This document shows, piece by piece, positions 54,820-64,000 of a stretch of 64,000 nt of DNA (position 1 is its first letter; every line of letters starts with the position of its first letter). Under the pieces are notes generated by a model. The model did no database searches. It was not told where the DNA came from and saw nothing but the letters and a program-made list of their open reading frames with translations. A program made the translations under genes and the position numbers. The DNA lies in IMG/VR virus record IMGVR_UViG_3300044632_001003, positions 62,001 through 126,000 of that record; one strand, written 5' to 3'.

Positions 54820-56799
54820 TTATTTCGTAATACAATCTATTTGCTGTTTAACTTCATCTTGATATTCAGGAATGCCCAGGATTGGTCGTATTAATGCTCC
54901 CGATCCTGTATCACTAATAACTCTTATAATTGGTAAGTCGGTAGTTATATTGGTATTTATCGGAGTAGCCTGAACAATTCCTCCCTTATCAATTACTAGA
55001 TCATATTCTGTGCCGAAATTATCAGTTGCTATATCACCAACTCGATATCCAGTTCCAGGATTATCAATAACTGTATTAGTTACTGCATAATTTGCAATAT
55101 CACCAACAGGATAATTTTCACCCTCAGATACAAGATAAATGGCACTCACTTCTCCAGCATCATTAATTAATGCTCTAGCAACTGCACCATATCCCTGATT
55201 ACAATTATCTTGAATGGTAACAAATGGTGGGAATTGATATCCCGATCCAGGATTAGTGATTTGCACTCCAATGCAACTTCCAGTTGCTTCTGCGCCAAGT
55301 CCAACAATTGTTCCCATAAGTGGCGTAGCTGCTGCGCCAGTCCCACCACCACCAAAAATATTGATAGTAGGAGCACCACAAACTAATGGCGGTCCAGTAT
55401 AACAACCACCCAAAGCACTCAATGGATTACTTACAGCGTCAATAACTTGACCTGTAGTTGATTTAAAGATATCATAAGCATCTGTGAAACTACCTGTCAT
55501 ATCTTGCAAGGTAGAATTGGCAGTGTTCATAATATTAGAAATCTGAGTAAATGGATCTGCCCCAGACATCATTGGACCACCACCAATCACATATGTTGTT
55601 GCAAGATTTGTACATTTGTCTTTATTTTGATTACATCCAAAAATAGAACCAATACCTTTAATTGCATCAATTGAACTTCGAATTAAATTGGCAATATTAA
55701 GACCTGCAGTTAAAATCTTAGCAACTCCACCAATGGCAGCACTTAGTGCATCAGCAATGCCATCAACAATATTATTCAAAAGTGCTCCAACAAATTGATT
55801 AGCAGCACAAGAAACAAAGTTTTTAATATTATCTACTGCAGAATTAACCATCTGCTCAATAACACCCTTCAATCCTTCAATTACTTTTCCAACAACACAC
55901 CCTAGTGCTTTTTGGAATGCTTTCACTGGTTTTACCATTGCAGTCTGAGCTGCAACCCCACCCAAGTGAGCTGCTACGGGGTTGCCAGTTATCGCTAAAA
56001 TTTTTCCAAATACATCTTTATATAAAAAGTCTAAACCAGCCTTCATCAATTTGACCATCTCATCACCCAACCATTTGACCGCATTGCCAATCATTTCGTT
56101 GCAGTCTTTTAGAATTCCATTAATTGCCTCTTTGATTTTTGCTTTTTTCTTCTGTATATTATTCTGTAACTTTCTAATCTTTTTAAGTAGGTTTTCAATT
56201 CTGGCAGTTATTTTATCCACTGTAGTATTCTTACAGGGATTTGCCATAACAATTTTGTCACCAATAACAGAACTTACTGAAACATCTCCAGTTGAAGAAG
56301 ATGTATCATCTGTTCTAGCAACAGGAGAAACTTGAGATTTAGGATTGCCAGATTCATTTGATTCATTCGGAACAAGAGTTCCATCTGGTTTAGGAATATT
56401 CTCAGTATATCCCGTGAATGGTTGAAATGGTCCTTTATAATCTTTGCTTACTACGTCCGATGTTTTACCAAATGTTGCTAATATGACGGGGATTTGTGCA
56501 TTATCACCATCCATAAAGAACCCGAAAACCACATCACTAGGTTGAAGTGCAACATCTGTAGATTGATTTGCTGCGCCACTTCCAGACGTGGTTGGTATCA
56601 GAACTTGAGCCCATGGAAGGTCTTCATTTTTTAATTCAGATTCATAGAATGGATGATACCCCATAATACGAACACGGTATCTATTACCCCAACCTTCAGC
56701 ACCTTGTCTATGATAAGGAGCAGGGGGAATCTGACCAATCCACCAACGGAATCCGTCTCTACCTAGAAAATTACTTTTAAGTAATGATTCATCTATCAT
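54820..56799 (-). CDS. gp5: baseplate hub / spike gp5-like protein (OB-fold N-terminus)
   Basis: FRWWIGQ...RYRVRIMGYH...DLPWAQV...VFGFFMDGDNAQIPVI. Confidence 0.8.
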   Translation of the reverse strand: MIDESLLKSNFLGRDGFRWWIGQIPPAPYHRQGAEGWGNRYRVRIMGYHPFYESELKNEDLPWAQVLIPTTSGSGAANQSTDVALQPSDVVFGFFMDGDNAQIPVILATFGKTSDVVSKDYKGPFQPFTGYTENIPKPDGTLVPNESNESGNPKSQVSPVARTDDTSSSTGDVSVSSVIGDKIVMANPCKNTTVDKITARIENLLKKIRKLQNNIQKKKAKIKEAINGILKDCNEMIGNAVKWLGDEMVKLMKAGLDFLYKDVFGKILAITGNPVAAHLGGVAAQTAMVKPVKAFQKALGCVVGKVIEGLKGVIEQMVNSAVDNIKNFVSCAANQFVGALLNNIVDGIADALSAAIGGVAKILTAGLNIANLIRSSIDAIKGIGSIFGCNQNKDKCTNLATTYVIGGGPMMSGADPFTQISNIMNTANSTLQDMTGSFTDAYDIFKSTTGQVIDAVSNPLSALGGCYTGPPLVCGAPTINIFGGGGTGAAATPLMGTIVGLGAEATGSCIGVQITNPGSGYQFPPFVTIQDNCNQGYGAVARALINDAGEVSAIYLVSEGENYPVGDIANYAVTNTVIDNPGTGYRVGDIATDNFGTEYDLVIDKGGIVQATPINTNITTDLPIIRVISDTGSGALIRPILGIPEYQDEVKQQIDCITK

Positions 56800-58166
56800 G
56801 ACTTATTAGCCTCTGGATTTATACCAAATGTATCTCTAACTAATTTCATAGAAGTATAAGATGATTCTGTATCAAAGTGATGACACAGTTCTTTAATCAT
56901 ATATAGACCGCTTGTTTCCTCGTCCAATTCGTTTCCATCTTGAGAAGATATCTTTGGAAAATTGCATTTAATGACATCCCCTGCACTTAGATTTGTATTC
57001 AGAGGAACAACCATACTTAAAGTTTGAGTGAAAAGTATATTATACCTCATAATAGACTGAGATTGATACTTTTCTGGACTTGCATTCACTTCTTTAGATG
57101 GTTCTTTATTCAGAGTACCAACATCAAGACACATTGTGAAGATTCTAGTTGGAGTTTCACCAAGATCTTTTGAACTACCAGAAGTTATTTTAGGAAGTTT
57201 TATTTTTTCGCCAAGATTACTTGTCTTATTAACATAGTCATTTAACTTAAATAATCCCTTTTGGGGATTTGTAAATTCAAACGTTAATGGATTAAAAAAT
57301 ATTCTGTAACTTGAATATGTGCCTAACTTAAGTTTCTCAATTAAGTTTTGATTCTTCTCTGTAGTATATTTCAAGATTTTAAAGTCGTTCTTTACAGCGT
57401 CACCCTTTTCATCATATGTTTCAATGCTTTGACTATAAAGATAAACTGCTTTTGGTTTTTGTTTAATCAAATTATCAATTGACCTGAAATTAAAACCATC
57501 CTTGGTTTGATAGAATACAAATCCAGCGGTAGCATCACCTGAAGTAGCAGGAACACCTTTTGATGCTAGCCAGATTAAGACAGTAAATGGCTTACGCATA
57601 TTACCAATAAATCCATACTTATTTGTTGTCCTCTCTATTGAATCATTAGTAAATTTGTCAGTCTTAAGGATATTTTTAAGAATTTGTTTTACAGAAGTAT
57701 CAATACTATTGTCTGGGGCAAACTTTTTTCCTACTCTTACTGTTTCATTTGTGATTGCTTCTCTTGAAGTAAGATGTAAAGTAAAAGCTTCTCTTTGAGA
57801 TTCTGCAATCACATCAGTAATACTTGAGACATACAAGTAATCTTTTGATGACTTGGAAAAATCAATGGCAATATTAGACTCGGTGTTAGGAGAAATTTTC
57901 AATCTAAGTCTCTCCCCACCCCTAAGAGGAAGACCATTATAAACAGACTGGGGATTCTTATCTGTGCTCCCATCAGGGTTAGCAGAAGGTATGCTATCAC
58001 CAGTATTAATCATCTTCAAAGTCGCAGTGATTGTTGGCGAAAAGATATCTTCATAATAGTCAAAAGAAACTATTGAAGGCGTGATATCAACTGTTCTTTG
58101 CTGATCATTTGATTCTAGAATTGCTTCTTCAAACTTGGATGGGGATTGTGCTACTACTTGTGCCAT
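56796..58166 (-). CDS. baseplate hub protein (gp27-like position)
   Basis: DYYEDIFSP...LPLRGGE; C-terminal G.Y.I..L.H.F; upstream of gp5. Confidence 0.55.
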   Translation of the reverse strand: MAQVVAQSPSKFEEAILESNDQQRTVDITPSIVSFDYYEDIFSPTITATLKMINTGDSIPSANPDGSTDKNPQSVYNGLPLRGGERLRLKISPNTESNIAIDFSKSSKDYLYVSSITDVIAESQREAFTLHLTSREAITNETVRVGKKFAPDNSIDTSVKQILKNILKTDKFTNDSIERTTNKYGFIGNMRKPFTVLIWLASKGVPATSGDATAGFVFYQTKDGFNFRSIDNLIKQKPKAVYLYSQSIETYDEKGDAVKNDFKILKYTTEKNQNLIEKLKLGTYSSYRIFFNPLTFEFTNPQKGLFKLNDYVNKTSNLGEKIKLPKITSGSSKDLGETPTRIFTMCLDVGTLNKEPSKEVNASPEKYQSQSIMRYNILFTQTLSMVVPLNTNLSAGDVIKCNFPKISSQDGNELDEETSGLYMIKELCHHFDTESSYTSMKLVRDTFGINPEANKS

Positions 58167-60046
58167 TATAGATACGCTAAATCAGTTAAGAACTTTTGTT
58201 TGATAAAATTATTTAACACACTTGATGGTGGGCTTTGTGTGGTTTGTGATTCTTGTTCAAGAGAACGAGATCCAAACGATGCAGCGGCAGAATTCAATAA
58301 TTGTGCTAATCCACTCAAATCCATTTGTGGTCGTGTATCAACCACGCTTACAACATCTGGAGACATACTTGGTGTAATTCCAGATGCAACATCCATTGAT
58401 GGAACACCAGATACAGAACTTGCTGTTGAACCTGCTGCACCATGAGAAACAGTAACTCCCCCCGTTCCAATAATTTCTGCTTCTCTACCATATCCACCAC
58501 GATAATACACTGCACCAACTGCAAAAGGAAACTTAGTTGCCGATCCTACTTGAGATGGGAATGTTTGTTTTACTTTAGAATTGATTTCTTGCATATCAAC
58601 AGCGGCACTACTTCTTCCACCATGGGCTCTCTGCTCTGCAGCAATTAATCTTCTGATATTATCATCACTACCAGATGCATATTGTTTTATATTTCCATAA
58701 AATACAGTTGAACCTCTTGCAAGCATTGCTTTTGTTGCATGGAAAGCAACTTCACGAATACTTGCAAGTTGCTCTGCCGTTGGATTTGCTCCTTTATAAT
58801 CTAAGTGGAAGTGAGTCGCATAACTAGCCTCCCCTCTACCAGATCCACCCTGAATAAATCCCCCTGGTCCAACTTGTGGTATTAAACTCATTGTTCCAGT
58901 TGATACTGCAGGTGCTTGTTGTAGATTTGCAGATTGCTGCCCAGATGCATATGCTGCTGGAGATACATTTGCTGCTTTTTGTGCTTCTGGTAAAAATGAC
59001 CTATATTTTCCAGACTTATAAACACTCCAAGGATTAAAATTAGAACCACCAGACAGAATGAATGCTGCCCTTGCATTAGTTAGAGGGTCTTTTAATTGCT
59101 CATAGGATGTTATTCCAAATTTTTTCAATCTTTCTGGGCCAAGGGACCCAATCATATTAATTTGCCATAAACCATAAGATAAGTCACGAGTCCTTGGATT
59201 GTCATTTACTACACCAGATCTTCCACCAGACTCTGCTTTTGCAACTGCTGCTGCAGTAACTGCATTTTGTTGACTAAATCCAGCTTGTTTTGCAACAGCA
59301 ACTAATTGTTCAGTGGATAATGTTTCTCCAGCTCCTGGAAATTGAGATTCGCGTTCTGAGAATTGAGATTCTCCCTGAGTGCCCAATGGTGGTGCATTTT
59401 GACCACTTGCAATCCCTTCATTGAGAGATGTTGTCATCAATCTCAATGCGTCATCGATTGATGATGACATATCAGATAGATTTTGATTGAGTTGTCCAAA
59501 TGTATCTTTTACTCTATTCGATGTGTCAAAGAAATCAAATGACATAATGTTTTGGGCAACGGCACCAAGAAGATTGAACATATTACCAACAAATCCAATT
59601 GCACCCATAAAAAACTGTTTAATAATTGCCACTCCCTTATAAATTCTGGCAACAAATTCTTTTGCCATTCCAATCCAAGTTGGTAAGTTTCTTAGTAACC
59701 ATCCCACTCCCAAATATGCAATCGCAGATAAAATCCTTCCCAAAAATCCTTTACCACTGTTGAGGATAGATTTCTCAGTAGCAAATCCTGGAGAAAGGAT
59801 AGAACCTAGACTTGATGCTTCAAGTTGATCTTCTGCTTCTTTCTTTCTTAAATTATCCTGTCTTTTTTGAAAGAGACCTTTACTTCTGAATACTGCTTCA
59901 CTTTTTATCTTAGTTCTATTTAAAATAACTCTTTTAGTATCACTAATTACTGTTCTTGTATTAGAAAGACTTCTTCTCATGTTTATAAACGTGGAAGAAA
60001 TCTTATTGATTGAACTAGTTCCAGCAGATAAACTTAAAACTGCCAT
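58166..60046 (-). CDS. tail/baseplate protein with a lytic transglycosylase-like domain
   Basis: AVAKAESGG...SYGLWQINM...DP.TNARAA..L......PWS.Y. Confidence 0.75.
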   Translation of the reverse strand: MAVLSLSAGTSSINKISSTFINMRRSLSNTRTVISDTKRVILNRTKIKSEAVFRSKGLFQKRQDNLRKKEAEDQLEASSLGSILSPGFATEKSILNSGKGFLGRILSAIAYLGVGWLLRNLPTWIGMAKEFVARIYKGVAIIKQFFMGAIGFVGNMFNLLGAVAQNIMSFDFFDTSNRVKDTFGQLNQNLSDMSSSIDDALRLMTTSLNEGIASGQNAPPLGTQGESQFSERESQFPGAGETLSTEQLVAVAKQAGFSQQNAVTAAAVAKAESGGRSGVVNDNPRTRDLSYGLWQINMIGSLGPERLKKFGITSYEQLKDPLTNARAAFILSGGSNFNPWSVYKSGKYRSFLPEAQKAANVSPAAYASGQQSANLQQAPAVSTGTMSLIPQVGPGGFIQGGSGRGEASYATHFHLDYKGANPTAEQLASIREVAFHATKAMLARGSTVFYGNIKQYASGSDDNIRRLIAAEQRAHGGRSSAAVDMQEINSKVKQTFPSQVGSATKFPFAVGAVYYRGGYGREAEIIGTGGVTVSHGAAGSTASSVSGVPSMDVASGITPSMSPDVVSVVDTRPQMDLSGLAQLLNSAAASFGSRSLEQESQTTQSPPSSVLNNFIKQKFLTDLAYL

Positions 60047-60047
60047 C

Positions 60048-61658
60048 TTACATCACCACATTATAACTTAATTGAGAGTACATAGTGTAAAAATTATTAG
60101 GATTACTCGAAGATATATGGGGAACATTGTTAGAAGAATTTCCTTTTCTTAATGATGGTGCTGGTGGTTTTTGCTTCATCTCTGGTTGTGTCAAAATAAC
60201 CTGAGGAGCTGGTTTAGTTAAAGGTCCTAATGGTGCATTTTCTGTTTGCTTTTGTGATATTTTTGCTTCTGGAGACACTGGAGTAACAGAAAGAGCTCTT
60301 TCTTCAGCAGTTTCTCCTGGAAGTAAAGGTCTCATTGTTGGTATATTTTTATATAAGTCTAAGTATCCTTTTTCTTCTTCTGTTGGAGTTACTTCTGGTG
60401 CAGCGGTTCCAACATTCATATTAAGATCTCCATTTACCCCTGGAGTCATTGGAAGCATAGGTGTTGCTGCTGGAGCTTCTGGTGTTTGTGAAGTTGAACC
60501 TGGTGGTGGAATATTTGGTTTATTTGGCTTTAATTGTTGCTGTGGAGTTGAAGAAGTTGGAGTTTGTTTTTGTTCTTGTCCCCCACCTGCCATTCTAGAT
60601 AATTCAAGTCCAACTCTTCCAGCGGCTGCAAATCCTCCGATTACTGGAAACATAGATAACGCACTAAGAGCTGCTCCTGGCAAATCTCCTTGACTCAAAT
60701 CATAACCTGTCGAGACTGCACCAAGAGCAGTTCCAAGACCAGGGGTAAAACCACCAGCAACTCTCCCACCTCCAGCTGCTGCAGCACCGCCACCTTTCAT
60801 AAAATTAAAGAACTTAGTCATTAAGTTCGTGCTACCTGTTACAGTAGGTCTTGCACCTCTGGCAGCGGCATTGGCAGCGGCAGGTGCTCCTCTACTGAAT
60901 AATCCAGCAACACCTCTACCTAAAGCACCCAGACCTCTGAATGGCAGTAAAATCAGTTTAGCAATTAAACCACCAACTTTAAAAACTACACCATTGAGTA
61001 ATCTTAGGAAAACAGCAAATCCAACATTAATCGCTAATAAACCAGCACCAGCATAAAGTAAGTTCTTGAGGATACTATTCTTAATCTCATCAAAAACTTT
61101 AAAATTTTTATCCTTGTATGCCCTTAATAATTCTATTCCTTGAAGTGTGAACCACCCACCAAGAAGAGTGAATATTGCGCTCTTAATCCTATCAAATATA
61201 CCCTCAGTCTGCTCAATAACTTTTTTTACTGGACTGATAAGAGCATTTTGTATTTTCTTTTCTAATTCGTTTTCACGACCTCTTTTTATATCTCTATCAA
61301 CTATCTTTTGCTCATTATCTTGTTCTGTTTGAATTCTTTTTTGCTCAGCAATAGTTTCTCCTCTGAGAAGTCTAGCAATATCTCTAACACCATTGGTTAA
61401 ATTTAAAACTTCTACACGAACAAATTCAATCTGCTTTGAAATTGTTCCAAGAGAAGATTGATTTGCCTTTACAATTGCTAAACTTTGAGTGCTTGCTAAA
61501 TCATTTCCATCTTGCCTAACTAAAGCACCACCACGACCACGAAACACAGAACTGGAAACAGTTGCTCTACGGAATAGTGCTTTTCTGGCTTCAGCAGACA
61601 GGTAAGATCCTGTTCTAGGATCTACACCTGTTTGTGCTATGGTTATTGCATCAGCCAT
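60048..61658 (-). CDS. tape-measure/gp29-like baseplate protein
   Basis: helical N-terminus, G/A-rich middle; position between gp51 and the hub genes. Confidence 0.55.
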   Translation of the reverse strand: MADAITIAQTGVDPRTGSYLSAEARKALFRRATVSSSVFRGRGGALVRQDGNDLASTQSLAIVKANQSSLGTISKQIEFVRVEVLNLTNGVRDIARLLRGETIAEQKRIQTEQDNEQKIVDRDIKRGRENELEKKIQNALISPVKKVIEQTEGIFDRIKSAIFTLLGGWFTLQGIELLRAYKDKNFKVFDEIKNSILKNLLYAGAGLLAINVGFAVFLRLLNGVVFKVGGLIAKLILLPFRGLGALGRGVAGLFSRGAPAAANAAARGARPTVTGSTNLMTKFFNFMKGGGAAAAGGGRVAGGFTPGLGTALGAVSTGYDLSQGDLPGAALSALSMFPVIGGFAAAGRVGLELSRMAGGGQEQKQTPTSSTPQQQLKPNKPNIPPPGSTSQTPEAPAATPMLPMTPGVNGDLNMNVGTAAPEVTPTEEEKGYLDLYKNIPTMRPLLPGETAEERALSVTPVSPEAKISQKQTENAPLGPLTKPAPQVILTQPEMKQKPPAPSLRKGNSSNNVPHISSSNPNNFYTMYSQLSYNVVM

Positions 61659-61827
61659 TCGTTATGCCGTTTTTAAGATTTTCTTCTTCTATAAACTGCT
61701 GAAGAAGAGAGATATAAATTTCTCTCTCCCAAGGTATCATATTTTCTAACTCTGTCAATGAATATTTATGATGCTGTATGAGGGCAAAATTTGTTTTGTA
61801 GTATGACTCAAGGGAATCATGAGCCAT
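61651..61827 (-). CDS. gp51: baseplate hub assembly catalyst gp51
   Basis: hand translation MAHDSLESYYKTNFALIQHHKYSLTELENMIPWEREIYISLL... Confidence 0.85.
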   Translation of the reverse strand: MAHDSLESYYKTNFALIQHHKYSLTELENMIPWEREIYISLLQQFIEEENLKNGITNG

Positions 61828-61829
61828 CC

Positions 61830-62546
61830 CTACGCGAAAAAACTTGTTAGACCCTCCAAAACAACTTCACTTTCAACTTTTGTTTCTGGATTTTTGATTT
61901 TGATTGTATGAGAAAGTTTGGGCATTGTTTCAAAGAAAGTCTCAATCTCTTTGAATTGTTTCGAACTCAATTGATCAACAAATTCAAATAATTCTTTCTT
62001 AGTACAATCAGAAGCAGACCAAGATTCTTCTTCAGAATAGACTTGCTCAATACATCCACTAATCAACTCAAAAGTATCATCAACCGTTACATCAGTAATA
62101 TTAAAGTTGTTTTTAATAAACTGACTCAATGAAGGATATCTCATCCTCATTGTTAGATTATCATCTAACTTAATATCTCTGGTATGATTTGGATTGGTTT
62201 GAACTTGGATTTCGTCCAAGTTAATTGACACTGGAACTTGAGTAACTTCATCATCAGGGCAGGTGATTAGAACATCTACTGTCTCACCTACTGACTTTCC
62301 TCTGATGTTAAGGAACAGATACTCAATATCAAAAGTAGCCAGGTCTTCTACTTTTACACCTTTTGTCAAAATGCAATTTGAGATAACTGTTTTAATTGCA
62401 TTTGTGATTTGCTTATCATCTTGACTTTCCATTGCGATGATAAGAATTTTTTCTTCTTTAACAAGAAATGGTCTATATTTAATTGTTTTTTTAGAAGATG
62501 GTAATGTCAACTCATAAGTCGGAGTTGCAATTGTTGGTAAAGGCAT
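61830..62546 (-). CDS. gp26: baseplate hub subunit gp26
   Basis: MPLP.IATPTYEL.LPS..K.IKYRPFLVKEEKIL...FDIEYLFLNIRGKSVGE; late promoter 62573-62579. Confidence 0.92.
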   Translation of the reverse strand: MPLPTIATPTYELTLPSSKKTIKYRPFLVKEEKILIIAMESQDDKQITNAIKTVISNCILTKGVKVEDLATFDIEYLFLNIRGKSVGETVDVLITCPDDEVTQVPVSINLDEIQVQTNPNHTRDIKLDDNLTMRMRYPSLSQFIKNNFNITDVTVDDTFELISGCIEQVYSEEESWSASDCTKKELFEFVDQLSSKQFKEIETFFETMPKLSHTIKIKNPETKVESEVVLEGLTSFFA

Positions 62547-62575
62547 AATAACCTATAATATTGTCAGTAATTTAT

Positions 62576-63445
62576 TTATGAACCAAATCCTGGTGGATAT
62601 TGTCCAATTTCTCCAGCAACAAAGTCAGGTTTTTGATTCCAATCAATACTACTCCCAGTAGTTGCCGCACCCTCTCCTCCATAAATTGGATAAGATTGTG
62701 ATAATCTAATAGCGTTCGCTTCATCCGCACTCAGTGGTGCGACTTTACCAGATGCATACAGTAAAGATGATTCTCCAGTTTTATTATTATCAACTCCTCT
62801 TTTTTGGTCAATGGCAGAAATTGGCCCACAAACATAGCGAGTGAATTCAAAAGTTGCAGATGCAGTCAAAGTTCTAGAGCTATCATATGAAACATTAATA
62901 TTACCAACATTAGAGGGGAACATTCCAAAAAATGTGTATTCAATATTTTTACGATAGTCTCTATCAAACTTAACGATTTTTGTCGATTCCATCTTATAGT
63001 ATTCGGGGTATTGCATTCTGATAAAATAATTCTTTCTTCCTTGACTGACAGCATCAGCATTTGTTCCAACTGGATTATGAGATCCGCTTGCAATAAATTC
63101 TGCCCAGTGCTCTAGAAATTTCAATACTTTATAATCACTATCAATATAGAACCCTAAATTAACTTGCCCATAAATTCTACTATGGGCAATCTTTTCTTGA
63201 ATGCCCATGTAGTTTCCTGCAATATTTGCAGTTGCCAAACTTCCATATGGAAGTTCTGCAGAGTAACATAACAATCCAACATCACCGCTTATAAATCTAG
63301 AATCAACACCTCTGTTAGCCAAATAAGATGATAACGCACCATCTTTTGGTGGTGCTCCAAACTTGACTTCATAATGTGAGGTTTGAGCTAGATTTGTTAA
63401 TACTCTTTTAAATTCTGATATTTTTCTTGGTCTAGGTGCTGGCAC
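62576..63445 (-). CDS. tail tube initiator / baseplate protein (gp54/gp48-like)
   Basis: LAQTSHYEV...LCYSAELP...Y...V.L.FY; between gp4 and gp26. Confidence 0.6.
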   Translation of the reverse strand: MPAPRPRKISEFKRVLTNLAQTSHYEVKFGAPPKDGALSSYLANRGVDSRFISGDVGLLCYSAELPYGSLATANIAGNYMGIQEKIAHSRIYGQVNLGFYIDSDYKVLKFLEHWAEFIASGSHNPVGTNADAVSQGRKNYFIRMQYPEYYKMESTKIVKFDRDYRKNIEYTFFGMFPSNVGNINVSYDSSRTLTASATFEFTRYVCGPISAIDQKRGVDNNKTGESSLLYASGKVAPLSADEANAIRLSQSYPIYGGEGAATTGSSIDWNQKPDFVAGEIGQYPPGFGS

Positions 63446-63446
63446 T

Positions 63447-63482
63447 CTAAATACCTATATTATGAGTCTTTTAGTTATTTAG
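63447..63482. promoter_or_regulatory. overlapping divergent late promoters
   Basis: CTAAATA on + at 63447-63453 and on - at 63476-63482. Confidence 0.65.
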
Positions 63483-63920
63483 ATGTCTTATAAGGGAAAA
63501 TATCAACCATCTTATCCTGAAAAATACAAAGGAGATCCAACAAATATCATTTATCGTTCCCTCTGGGAAAGAAAATTTATGAAATACTGCGATCTCAATG
63601 AAAATATTTTAGAGTGGGGAAGTGAAGAAATTGCCCTTCCATATCGTTCCCCAATTGACCGCCGCATTCATAGATATTTTCCAGATTTTTATATTAAAGT
63701 AAAAGAATCAAATAATGTTATTAAAAAATATTTGATTGAAATAAAACCCAAAAGACAGACTATTCCCCCACAAAATCCAGGCAGACAAACTAAAACATAC
63801 ATCCGTGAAGCATATGAGTATGCAAAAAATCAATCAAAGTGGGCTGCTGCAAAAGAATTCTGTGCTGACCGTGGGTGGAGTTTTAAAATTATAACAGAAG
63901 ATGAGTTAGGTATTAAATAA
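63483..63920 (+). CDS. gp4: head completion protein gp4 (TnsA-like nuclease fold)
   Basis: YKGKY.P..P.KYKGDPTNIIYRSLWERKFM..CD...RYFPDF...EIKP...N..KW.AA. Confidence 0.92.
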   Translation: MSYKGKYQPSYPEKYKGDPTNIIYRSLWERKFMKYCDLNENILEWGSEEIALPYRSPIDRRIHRYFPDFYIKVKESNNVIKKYLIEIKPKRQTIPPQNPGRQTKTYIREAYEYAKNQSKWAAAKEFCADRGWSFKIITEDELGIK

Positions 63921-64000
63921 TGCCGAGAAAAACTCTTAAAGACAAACAAGAGAAGCAACAAAAACTTCAACAAAATAAAGCAGTCAAAAATAGGGTTTTG
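63920..64000 (+). CDS. 5' fragment of the next gene (gp2-like DNA end protector by position)
   Basis: ATG overlaps the gp4 stop; runs off the window. Confidence 0.4.
   Translation, partial: MPRKTLKDKQEKQQKLQQNKAVKNRVL

Overview
This is a 64-kb segment of a large T4-like cyanophage (cyanomyovirus), probably infecting picocyanobacteria. The evidence is cp12, cpeT, a flavin-dependent halogenase, three 2OG-Fe(II) oxygenases, T4-type gp4/gp26/gp51/gp5 genes and ATAAATA/CTAAATA late promoters. Almost all genes are on the minus strand. (1) 1-5.4 kb is a GC-richer early/host-takeover cluster of tiny, often very acidic ORFs, a MutH-like endonuclease, a ligase-like protein and an AbrB-N/ArdA-like fusion. 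Most genes or gene pairs have their own promoter, preceded by a 22-bp palindrome; I count 19 copies in the window. (2) 3.43-3.82 kb and 5.19-5.89 kb are two related, mostly non-coding blocks. They carry a helically phased CTCGWCGAG array, three ATTCTCAAT(A/T)A inverted repeats and back-to-back sigma70 promoters, next to an apparently nuclease-dead GIY-YIG/NUMOD protein. (3) 6.7-37 kb is an accessory region: oxygenases, halogenase, RlpA, an MTase-REase pair, Dam, a ParB-like protein, CP12, an RmlB-like enzyme, CpeT, an SF2 helicase and many small ORFs. (4) 37-64 kb holds tail-fibre, baseplate and head-completion genes and three tRNAs, two of them structurally odd. Family names come from my recognition of motifs, not from database searches.
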